25,235 nucleotides of DNA, taken from the NCBI GenBank assembly GCA_038893995.1, contig JAWAQK010000036.1, forward strand, positions 1 to 25,235, given 5' to 3'. Every line of letters starts with the position of its first letter. Position 1 is the first letter of the stretch. The DNA comes from Candidatus Thorarchaeota archaeon. GTDB taxonomy: Archaea > Asgardarchaeota > Thorarchaeia > Thorarchaeales > Thorarchaeaceae. Of this stretch, positions 1 to 8,437 are shown piece after piece. The position numbers and the translations under genes were made by a program. The notes under the pieces are model-generated. The model had not been told where the DNA came from. It made no database searches and saw only the letters and a program-made list of their open reading frames with translations.

Positions 1-900
1 CCGGAGATGATTGGAGGGTCGGCAGATCTGACCGGTTCAAATCGGACATGGATTGAGGGGAGTAGGTCCATCCAGAAGGGATCCTATGGGGAACGTAACA
101 TCTACTTCGGCGTGAGAGAACATGCGATGGCCGCCATCATCAATGGCCTGGCAGTTCATGGTGGTCTGATCCCCTTCTGTGGTACTTTCTTGGTCTTTTC
201 CGATTACATGCGTCCTGCAATACGGCTCTCAGCAATGTCATCCTACCCGAGCATCTGGGTGTTCACTCACGATAGCATCGGGCTGGGCGAGGACGGCCCC
301 ACACATCAACCCATAGAGCACCTCTCCTCCCTAAGGGCAATTCCCCGACTTGTTGTCATAAGGCCCTGTGATGCGAACGAGGTCGTCGAGGCTTGGAGAG
401 TGGCATTGAAACGACGCGATGGCCCCACCGTGCTTGTGCTGACACGTCAGAACGTGCCTACCATAGACCGGTCTATGTATGCACCGCCAACTGGGCTTCA
501 CAGGGGCGCATATGTCCTCAAGGACATGGGTGCAGGTGAGCCACAGGTCGTGCTGATGGCTTCAGGTTCGGAGGTCCCCATTGCCATCGATGCAGCAGAG
601 AAGATAGCTGGCAATGGCGTACCTGTACGTGTGGTCTCGTTTCCGAGTTGGGAGTTATTCGAGATGCAGAGCGCTGAATACCAGCAGTCAGTGCTTCTGA
701 GCGGAGAAGTCGTCAGGGTGGCAATCGAGGCGGGAGTATCTCAGGGATGGGACAGATGGCTGGGTGAGAAAGGTCTGATGTTCTCGTTGGAGTCGTTTGG
801 GGCATCTGCCCCCTATAAGGTGCTATACGAAAAATTTGGTTTCACACCTGAGAATGTGGCCGCGAAGGTCCTGTCATACCTGAAGGGGCTTGACCATTAG
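1..900 (+). CDS. tkt: Transketolase, C-terminal part (5'-truncated by window edge), single-chain bacterial type
   Basis: Motifs GSADLT, FGVREHAM, TFLVFSDY, THDSIGLGEDGPTHQPIEHL, RPCDANE, FGASAP; frame is open from base 1. Confidence 0.96.
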   Translation, partial: PEMIGGSADLTGSNRTWIEGSRSIQKGSYGERNIYFGVREHAMAAIINGLAVHGGLIPFCGTFLVFSDYMRPAIRLSAMSSYPSIWVFTHDSIGLGEDGPTHQPIEHLSSLRAIPRLVVIRPCDANEVVEAWRVALKRRDGPTVLVLTRQNVPTIDRSMYAPPTGLHRGAYVLKDMGAGEPQVVLMASGSEVPIAIDAAEKIAGNGVPVRVVSFPSWELFEMQSAEYQQSVLLSGEVVRVAIEAGVSQGWDRWLGEKGLMFSLESFGASAPYKVLYEKFGFTPENVAAKVLSYLKGLDH

Positions 901-1038
901 GTCCTGGTGGGTCGCTGCTGCACTGGACTGTGGATCCCATCAATGTAGCCATAGATGGTTCCGAAGGCGCCAATTGTACAGATGACATTTGGTTTGATTA
1001 ATAAGGAAGGACGCATATCAAGCGGACGGAGGAATCCC

Positions 1039-1452
1039 ATGAGCAAAGAATTGATTGACATGATGAATCAAGCACTATCGATGGAGATCCAGGTCTCCAT
1101 CCAGTATATGTGGCAGCATGTGAAGATATACGGTTTTGACCATCTTCCGGTTGCTGACGAGCTGAGGAAGATTGCGATTGAGGAGATGAAACATGCAGAG
1201 ACCATCTCCGAGCGTATTGACTACCTTGGAGGTGACCCGACCACTGTTCCGGCCCCGATCACGCTCGGAAAGACTCCCCATCAGATGATCGAAATTGACA
1301 AGGCGGCCGAGGAGGGCGCAATCGACCTATATCGGAAGATAATAGAGAAGGCAATGGCGGAGCGAGACTACGCGAGTGTCGAGATATTCCAGGACATCCT
1401 CGAAGATGAGGAGGATCACCACTATACTTTTCGCACTCTTCTTGAGAAGTAG
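1039..1452 (+). CDS. Short bacterioferritin / ferritin-like di-iron protein (137 aa)
   Basis: Ferroxidase ligands in MEIQVSIQY, EEMKHAE (includes the Bfr heme-ligand Met position), AEEGAIDLY, EDEEDHH; start reassigned to ATG 1039 behind GGAGG (1028-1032). Confidence 0.88.
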   Translation: MSKELIDMMNQALSMEIQVSIQYMWQHVKIYGFDHLPVADELRKIAIEEMKHAETISERIDYLGGDPTTVPAPITLGKTPHQMIEIDKAAEEGAIDLYRKIIEKAMAERDYASVEIFQDILEDEEDHHYTFRTLLEK

Positions 1453-1482
1453 AATACTGGCCCTATAGTCAGTGAGAGACGC

Positions 1483-1522
1483 GACCGGGTTGCCTCCGTA
1501 CCCGGTCTGTTTCATTCTTTCA
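1483..1522 (+). terminator. Hairpin plus pyrimidine-rich tract after the ferritin-like gene
   Basis: GACCGGGT (1483-1490) pairs with ACCCGGTC (1500-1507), followed by TGTTTCATTCTTT; lies between convergent genes. Confidence 0.45.
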
Positions 1523-1626
1523 ATGTCCGATCCTGGCGTAACAGCATGCTGTTCACAATTGGTTCCTATTCCCCGATATACTCACGAGGGCATGACTGAT
1601 CTCGGGTTTCATGGAGCGAGGTTTCA

Positions 1627-2769
1627 TCACGAGTTCGCTGACTTTGATTGACATCTTGCATCCTCTATTTCTGCGAGGGCATGTTCGGCAAGGCCCCTGG
1701 CCGCGCTCTCCACGTCTTCCGTCACAATTGCCATCACATCTAATATTCTTGAATGGCCACGTCGAATCCTCCTGATCACTTCGTCCCTGTGGAGTTTCCA
1801 GGAACCCGTTGCGATCTCTCTCAGAACTGGAACCGCTGGTTCACCGATCAGGACCAGGCTCTCCATTGCGCGCCGTCTCACACCGACGTCCCAGTCCCAC
1901 AATGCGCTCGCCAGTGGTCTGACGCAGGTATCCAGCCCAATGTTTCCGAGGGCTTTCGCCACAGCTTGTCTGACCCACGGGTATGTGTCGTGGAGTGCTC
2001 TACAGAGATTTTCTACTGCTCGGGGGTCCCCAATCTGTCCAAGTCTTTCCGCAGCCTGGGCTCGTTTCCAGGAGTCCCAGTCTGTGAGTTCGAGCAACAA
2101 CTTGAGAATCAGAGCGGTACCATCTGACACATCCTCGAATGATACGTCGTTCGAATCGAGATGCATTTCTCCCGTGCAAGGCCTTGCCAGGGTCAATCCA
2201 AGTGTGGAAATGAAGTTCGTCAGATCGTCGATGTTGATTGTCGGGTCACGAACATGAGAGGTGAAATAGAGGAAACCGTAGTAGGTCCTTGCCAGCGCCT
2301 GAGGATCAATGCTTCCAGTGCCGCACACTGAGTTGATCTCCTCTTGTCGTGCTGCTAGCACACTCGGCACGACCCTGGCATATCTTGACTCGACCAGTCT
2401 ATCTACATCGAGAAAGTATGTGATTCGTCTTCGCGCTTGGTCCTCTAAGATCTTCAGCGCAACATCATGAACTTTCTCAGGCTCGAGAAACTTTCCTGCC
2501 TCCTCGATTAGATCAACTGGATCTCGGTCGATCCCACTCACATGTTCCAGTTCGAGGGCACGGAAGAGTATACCCCTGAACATTCCCCATCTCTCACTAA
2601 AGAGAGATCTCTCTATCTCCCTCAGACTCTTGCTGAGTTCAGACACTCGTCCAGCTCGGATGGCGCTTCGGATTACGATGGCCAGCTCCCTGTGGTTACG
2701 AAGCTTCATTAGCCTCGCAAGCGCGTCACGCGTAGTTTCGACCCATTCTACCATGTAGACTACATCCAT
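1627..2769 (-). CDS. HEAT (PBS-lyase-like) repeat protein with unknown helical N-terminal region
   Basis: Repeats D-SWKRAQAAERLGQIGDPRAV, D-YPWVRQAVAKALGNIG, DVGVRRRAMESLVLIGEPAV. Confidence 0.85.
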   Translation of the reverse strand: MDVVYMVEWVETTRDALARLMKLRNHRELAIVIRSAIRAGRVSELSKSLREIERSLFSERWGMFRGILFRALELEHVSGIDRDPVDLIEEAGKFLEPEKVHDVALKILEDQARRRITYFLDVDRLVESRYARVVPSVLAARQEEINSVCGTGSIDPQALARTYYGFLYFTSHVRDPTINIDDLTNFISTLGLTLARPCTGEMHLDSNDVSFEDVSDGTALILKLLLELTDWDSWKRAQAAERLGQIGDPRAVENLCRALHDTYPWVRQAVAKALGNIGLDTCVRPLASALWDWDVGVRRRAMESLVLIGEPAVPVLREIATGSWKLHRDEVIRRIRRGHSRILDVMAIVTEDVESAARGLAEHALAEIEDARCQSKSANS

Positions 2770-2857
2770 CTATGAAGTTGCTTTAGCTGCAGTACTATGC
2801 TTGTGTCCTGGGACAGTACATCTTGGTGTGTTTCTGTCACTGGTGGGGACGGTAAGC

Positions 2858-2878
2858 TTTATCTACACTTGTGATAAA
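2858..2878. promoter_or_regulatory. Inverted repeat TTTATC-N9-GATAAA; candidate overlapping TATA boxes on both strands or an operator
   Basis: TTTATC 2858-2863 and GATAAA 2873-2878, between the divergent HEAT gene and rRNA locus. Confidence 0.4.
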
Positions 2879-2889
2879 TCATACTGACC

Positions 2890-2959
2890 TGCCGAGTAGA
2901 GAAGGACTTATGTGATGGCTAAGTGGGTCATCACTGTCCGCTTCTGGTGAACCTCGGCA
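2890..2959 (+). ncRNA. 70-nt irregular hairpin upstream of the 23S promoter (candidate sRNA or distal pre-rRNA leader)
   Basis: TGCCGAG/CTCGGCA, AGAAG/CTTCT, GAC/GTC and GTGATGGC/GTCATCAC nested stems; starts about 30 nt after TTTATC. Confidence 0.4.
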
Positions 2960-2969
2960 CAACACAATC

Positions 2970-2976
2970 TTTAAAT
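2970..2976 (+). promoter_or_regulatory. TATA box, probable 23S rRNA promoter
   Basis: TTTAAAT about 250 nt upstream of the mature 23S 5' end. Confidence 0.55.
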
Positions 2977-3127
2977 CGCCTCCCCAAGTTGGGAGCGAGC
3001 GCCTCGATGAGAGAGAGGCATGGCCCGCGATGCCACTCGGAGCAGACCGCAGAACAGGTCATTCCCTGTGGTGGGCCGTCAAGGCATAGGGGTCTGATGC
3101 AGTGCATCGATGATCCCGATGCTGAGA

Positions 3128-3227
3128 CTGCAGAGGATGAAGGCAGACGTACACTAGCACACTCCTTGGCACAATCAGCACTGTGCTGACAGCGGGAACT
3201 ACTGCGCTGGCTACATCAGTAGATCCA
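3128..3227 (+). other. 5' arm of the pre-23S processing stem, with BHB-like motif
   Basis: CTGCAGAGGATGAAG (3128-3142) is the exact reverse complement of 6369-6383; 3165-3175 pairs with 6350-6360; 3189-3207 pairs with 6319-6337 leaving two opposed 3-nt bulges. Confidence 0.85.
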
Positions 3228-6200
3228 CATTTTCGCTGATACCGTTGCTGGTGGATGACTAGGTTGGCTAGCCGATGAAGGGCGTGACAAGCAGCGATAT
3301 GCCGTGGGTAGGCGCATGGAGCCTTTGATCCACGGATTCCCGAATCGGACTTCCGTGCACAGGCCAATAACCTGTGCAATTCCGGGGTCATAGCCGGAAG
3401 GGTAAGCCGCGGAACTGAAGCATCTTAGTACGCGGACGAAGAGAAAACAACCGTGATTCCCTTAGTAACAGCGAGCGAACAGGGAACAGGCCAAACCGAA
3501 TCCCAGAGCGATGAGTTCTGGGGGATGTGGTGTTCGGACCGGAGACAAGTGCCGACGTGCCTAAGCCGAAGTCGCCTGGAACAGCGTGGCATAGAGGGTG
3601 ATACCCCCGTAGGCGTAAAGCATGGGCATGTCACCGGCCCCAGAGTAATGCGGGTTGGTCTTCCCGCGTGAAGACCGCAGTCACAATCTGCGAAGCCTAA
3701 ATACTCAGCCAAACCGATAGCTAACTACGTAGCGCGAGCGAAAGTTGAAAAGCGCCGCGGGAGCGGGGTGAAAAGCACCTGAAACCAGCAATGTACTCAA
3801 TGGATGCCGACTAAAAGAGTAGACGCTCGACGAACGAAAAGGGAGCAATCCCCCAGTAGGAGTTGAGCCGATCGAGCCGGCATCATTCGTCTTGAAACAC
3901 GAACCAGGGAGTTGATGGGCGTGGCGAGGGTAAGGCCACAAGCCGCAGACGAAGGGAAACCAACATGCCCGCAGCCCGCAAGGGTGAGGGGCGGCGTGCC
4001 ACAAGTGCGCGAAGTCACTCCCATCACACGAGAAGCCAGTCGATCTAGGCCTGGCCAGGGTGAAGCCGGGCGAAAGTCCGGTGGAGGCCCGAAAGGGTTA
4101 TGACGTGCAACTCTTTCCGTTGAGCTGGGCGTAGGAGTAAAAGGCTTATCTAGACTGGCGATTGCTCGTTCTCCGCGAAGTTGGTCGCAGCCAAGCCCTG
4201 CCCGAGGTATCACGTGGCGTAGAGCACTATCGGATCGGCCCGGGGGGCGTCAAGTCCTCCACCATCCTAGAAACTCCGAATCTGCGTGAACCGTAGACGG
4301 CAGGAGACGGGTGCCCGGGGTAAGCCAGGCAGGCCGAGATGGGGAGAACCGAGAGTACGGTTAAGGTCCCTAAGTACCAGATAAGTGCGGTGAAGAAGGG
4401 TGTCGAGAGCCACAGACAGTCTGGGGGTGAGCTTAGAAGCAGCTATCCCCGAACGAAAGCGTAACAGCTCACAGACCGAGGCTCTCGGCCCTGAAAATGG
4501 ACGGGGCTAAATCTGGTCACCGATACCGTACGGCACACAGCAATGTGTGATCCGGTAGCGGAGCGACCCGGTCGGGTGGAAGTAGGGGCGTGAGCTCCTG
4601 TGGACCGGTCGGGTTTGATGATCCTGGTAGGAGTAACAGCGAAGCATGGTGAGAATCCATGCCACCGTAAGGGAAAGGGTTCTTCGGCGATGCGTCGTCA
4701 GCCGAAGCTTAGTCGGTCCTAAGTGTCAGCCCAACTGGCATGACACGAAAGGGAATCAGGTTAATATTCCTGAACCTCGGAGGTACGCTACGCGGCGACG
4801 CCAAGCCGGACTTGTGACTCATCTGGACAAACCGAGCACGGCTCTCGCTGTGTCTAACACCCGAATCCTGCTGAGTACCGTAAAGGTGAGACGCAGGCGA
4901 AAGGTGGAATGGCGGGTGGTCGGACACCCGTTCGGTCCATTCCTGGTGACCTTGAAAAGCAAGTCCGGAAGGATCCTCCGAGTCCGTACCCAGATCCGAC
5001 ACAGGTTCCCTAGCTGAGAAGGCTAAGGTGTATCCGGATTAAATCTGCCTGAGGGAAATCGGCCAATTAGCGGCGTACCTTCGGAACAAGCCGTGCCTGG
5101 GTTAGTGCAAGCTTTCCCAGGTCTTAGTAACTAGGGGGTCCCAACTGTTTAATACAAACATAGCTGACTGCGAGCGCGAAAGCGTTAGTACAGTCGGTGA
5201 ATCCTGGTCTGTGCCCGTCTGTCAAAGCTCGGTAACGGGCCTAAGCACGGGTTAACGCCGGGACTAACTATGAGTCTCTTAAGGTAGCCAAATGCCTTGT
5301 CGGTTAAATGCCGACGTGCATGAAGGGATCAATGAGGTCCCCACTGTCCCCAGGAGGTTCCGGGTGAATCTACACCGTACCGAACAGTGTACGTAGCACC
5401 AGAGGGAAAAGAAGTCCCCGCGGAGGTTCACTACGCAGTCTGTCATTGCCATCTCTGGCCACATACAGAGCATAGTCAGGAGCGACGAAGCACCTTCTTC
5501 GGGAGGTGTGGATGCGACCGTGTAATACTGACTATGTGGCTGGGGGTGGCTAACCTAGACCCAGAGAGTCTAGGGACACTGGCAGATAGGCAGTTCGGCT
5601 GGGGCGGCACACGGCTGACAAGAGATCAGCCGTGACCAAAGCTGAGCTCAGAGGCGACGGAAACGTCTCGTTGAGATCAAGGGCATAAGCTCGGCTGACG
5701 GGATTCCGAAACGCAACGAATCCCGGGACGAAAGTCTGGCCTAGCGAACCTTCACCGGCCAATTGTGAGTGGTGGAGATGACAGAAAACTTACCCCAGGG
5801 GTAACAGAGTTGTCGCGCGCAAGAGTTCCTATCGACCGCGCGGCTTGCTTCCTCGATGTCGGCTCTTGGTATCCTCGCGTTGCATAAGGCGCGAAGGGTG
5901 CGGGTGCTCACCGATTAAAACCGAACGTGAGCTGGGTTTAGACCGTTGCGAGACAGGTTGGTTTTTATCTTCTGGTGCTGTTGGGTGTCTGAGGGCAAGG
6001 GAAAGACGGTACGAGAGGAACTCCTTGCCGTGGCCTATGGTGTATCCATTGTCCGAGAGGGCACTGTGGAGTAGCTAAGCCGCAATCGATCAACGCTGAA
6101 TGCATCTAAGCGTGAAGCGAGACCCGAAAATAGACACCCACTTTGTGAACGTTGGACATGGGTCCAGCGCGGGACTGGCGACAGTAACGCGTAGTTCACG

Positions 6201-6305
6201 AACGAGGGATCTGCTAGAAGAGCAGGTAGATAGGGCAGGGGTGTAAGCACCAAGCTTCGGCGAGGTGTTCAGCTCACTGCTACTAATTCCCGAGGCGGGT
6301 GGATC
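3221..6305 (+). rRNA. rrl: 23S (LSU) ribosomal RNA, archaeal type; ends approximate (+/-15 nt)
   Basis: GGTGGATG (3250), GAACTGAAGCATCTTAGTA, GTCTTGAAACACG, H69 TAACTATGA, CTTAAGGTAGC, P-loop CTGGGGCGG, PTC GTAACAG and CCTCGATGTCGGCTC, GAGCTGGGTTTAGACCG, SRL GTACGAGAGGAAC; terminal helix GATCCAC/GTGGATC. Confidence 0.98.
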
Positions 6306-6383
6306 GAAAGTGTCGCTCGTGCAGTACCTAGAGCTGTGAAAGTGTGCCAATTGTGTCAAGTACTTCGTCTTCATCCTCTGCAG
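6299..6383 (+). other. 3' arm of the pre-23S processing stem
   Basis: Colinear complementarity to 3128-3227. Confidence 0.85.
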
Positions 6384-6385
6384 GC

Positions 6386-6395
6386 TATTGTTTTT
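6386..6395 (+). terminator. Oligo-T tract, probable terminator of the 23S transcript
   Basis: TATTGTTTTT directly after the processing stem closes. Confidence 0.5.
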
Positions 6396-6652
6396 GCCTA
6401 CATGATTTTCATCCCTGATTCTTCGCACCTCCTTTTCATGTCTGACTGATCCCATCAAGGCGAAACATGGTCCGCCGTGTGTTCTCTCACGCATCGAGGT
6501 CAGTCCCTGTTTGCTCTCGAAGGGATACCAGTCGTCACCATTTTGTGGGACGAGTTTCAGGAGCTGAGGTCCCCGTTGTCCCTGCCGCCAAGTGGATCGT
6601 TACCACTGGTCAATCATCTGGAACCGATGTGTCGCGCTCTGCGCAGGACGCA

Positions 6653-8437
6653 TCAGAAAGGCAGTATCGTGGCCAGTATCCAGCCGAATAGGAGACCGTT
6701 GATCAACGCACCGAGGTAGTACGTTCCCGTTTCGCGGAAGCACCACACAGTAATTATGCTTGAGACCGCGAACCATGGTAGGAATGCATAGAAGAACAGG
6801 AATGAATACCCCAAGATGCCTGGGATCAAGGGCTGTCCCAGCACGAATCCTACAGTGAGCTCTGCCAGTACCAAGAGTGCATATGGAATGCATTTGATGA
6901 ACACAGACTCAGAAGTCCAGATGACCATTCCACGCATCCACGGCTCTCTGTTATGAGTCCTCAGGATACCCATGATCCACATGCTCTCCACCATGAAGAA
7001 CCCGATGAAGACGATAGCATAGAGAGGAAACACGAGTGCTCTGGAGATTGTGAGATCGTTCAGCCCAGGAAGGAAGCACCTGAAGTCCAGAGCAAAGTTG
7101 AGGTCCACCAGCAGAGTCAGTCCGTATAGCCACGAGATGATCAGAATGGAGAGCAACATCGTTCTTACGATATACTGCTTGAATGTAATCTCAGTTGTCT
7201 TCTGGATCCTGAAGCCACTCCTGATGATGCCGACGTCTATGCCTCTGGAAACAGCAACTCGGAGAGCCAATGACGCAATGACTGACACACCTACAATCCA
7301 AGACATGATTGGCAATGCCATGTACTGTGAAAACGGTATCAGTAGCTGCAGGAGTGAGCCCACACCAAGCAGGGGATAGAATGATCCCACCGATAGGACC
7401 GCGTATGTGGCACCCCAAACCAGATAGGTCCTTCTGCTCGCGGCACCAGCATATCCCTCTTTCTCGTCCCTCTTCAGGACCGAGAATGGCGTTGTGTCAA
7501 ACAGAATGGTCAGTATGGGAAATATGGAAAGAATGGCCCCGCCCGTGGACAGCAGCCCCCCAAGGAGCCACCACCCATAGATGAGATTTCCCTTTGGTAA
7601 CCAGTATTCATCCTCCACGCCTCCCTTCAGGCTGTTACGCATCCAGTCGACTGTTTCGCTCACTATCGTGGGATCTATAGTTTCGAATAGATGGTTCGTC
7701 CTTGGGATCACTATCATTCGGGCAGTACCGTCAGAAAATGAACCGTAGATTGTCCCAGGCGTGATGTCCAACGTGCCGAAGACATCTTGCAGAAGGGCCG
7801 GATTACTAGGATATGACGAGAGCGAGTCGAAATCCCCGACCGCAACCAGTAGATTGTTTGGGTAGGTCGTGTTTGCCCATGATACCCATGAGCCAATAGC
7901 TACGAAAGCATTGACGACAACAGAGGATTCAGAGATGGCCTCCCTCGCTATTCCTCCACCCATGCTATGTCCCACTACACCAATCCTCGTATTGTCAACA
8001 GAGGGAAGTGTTGCCAGATAATCGAGTGCTGCAGCTCCACTTCCCCTGCCTCTGTCGGAGTTCCCGTGACCATTTGCATCGATTGTAAGTACTACAAACC
8101 CTCTACGTGCAAGCTCAATCCCAAAGGCCATCAACCACTCCTTAGATTGAAGAGAACCATGTATGACCAGCACACCAGGCAGCGGTCCTGATGAGTGCAA
8201 CGGCGTCTGTAGAGTTCCGTGAATGTTTGACCCATCCGAGGCTTGGAAGTCCACCTCGATTACACTGACAGTTCCAAGACCTCCCTGTACGGTGGCTGCT
8301 AGACCTACTCCTGATATCATCAGGACAGTGGCCAAGATGAAGACGGTGTAGCGCAGTTTGGCGATCGGCAAGACTAAGACTCCCCTTCGTGTTGTCAGTT
8401 CTGCTCCACTATTGCTTAATTCTCTTTTTGTGGACAT
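6653..8437 (-). CDS. Membrane-anchored alpha/beta-hydrolase with multi-pass C-terminal membrane domain
   Basis: N-terminal TM/signal anchor, oxyanion VIHG, DANGHGNS, nucleophile GHSMGG, likely acid in VGDFD and His in TNH, about 8 hydrophobic C-terminal segments. Confidence 0.88.
   Translation of the reverse strand: MSTKRELSNSGAELTTRRGVLVLPIAKLRYTVFILATVLMISGVGLAATVQGGLGTVSVIEVDFQASDGSNIHGTLQTPLHSSGPLPGVLVIHGSLQSKEWLMAFGIELARRGFVVLTIDANGHGNSDRGRGSGAAALDYLATLPSVDNTRIGVVGHSMGGGIAREAISESSVVVNAFVAIGSWVSWANTTYPNNLLVAVGDFDSLSSYPSNPALLQDVFGTLDITPGTIYGSFSDGTARMIVIPRTNHLFETIDPTIVSETVDWMRNSLKGGVEDEYWLPKGNLIYGWWLLGGLLSTGGAILSIFPILTILFDTTPFSVLKRDEKEGYAGAASRRTYLVWGATYAVLSVGSFYPLLGVGSLLQLLIPFSQYMALPIMSWIVGVSVIASLALRVAVSRGIDVGIIRSGFRIQKTTEITFKQYIVRTMLLSILIISWLYGLTLLVDLNFALDFRCFLPGLNDLTISRALVFPLYAIVFIGFFMVESMWIMGILRTHNREPWMRGMVIWTSESVFIKCIPYALLVLAELTVGFVLGQPLIPGILGYSFLFFYAFLPWFAVSSIITVWCFRETGTYYLGALINGLLFGWILATILPF

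Noticed and set aside
1465-1480. CAGTGA after the ferritin-like gene resembling an iron-responsive-element loop
   Set aside because: The flanks (ATAGT / GAGAC) do not form the required 5-bp stem
1560-1630. Tandem TGA TGA stop and ATGAAACC repeat after the HEAT gene, considered as a selenocysteine/SECIS signal
   Set aside because: No SECIS helix with a GA quartet and apical AA, and the protein is not a selenoprotein family
3221-6305. Intron or homing endonuclease inside the 23S
   Set aside because: The length (about 3.08 kb) and order of conserved motifs leave no room, and no LAGLIDADG ORF is present
6425-6437. CACCTCCTTTT resembling a 16S 3' end (or a strong SD on the minus strand)
   Set aside because: It lacks GGATCA and helix 45; on the minus strand it precedes only a 4-codon ORF
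2923-6494. Many ORFs of 64-138 aa on both strands
   Set aside because: They overlap the 23S rRNA and its spacers and carry no protein motifs; treated as spurious
6400-6650. Possible 5S rRNA, tRNA or small gene downstream of the 23S
   Set aside because: No 5S or tRNA consensus was found, and the short ORFs lack motifs and run into the hydrolase gene
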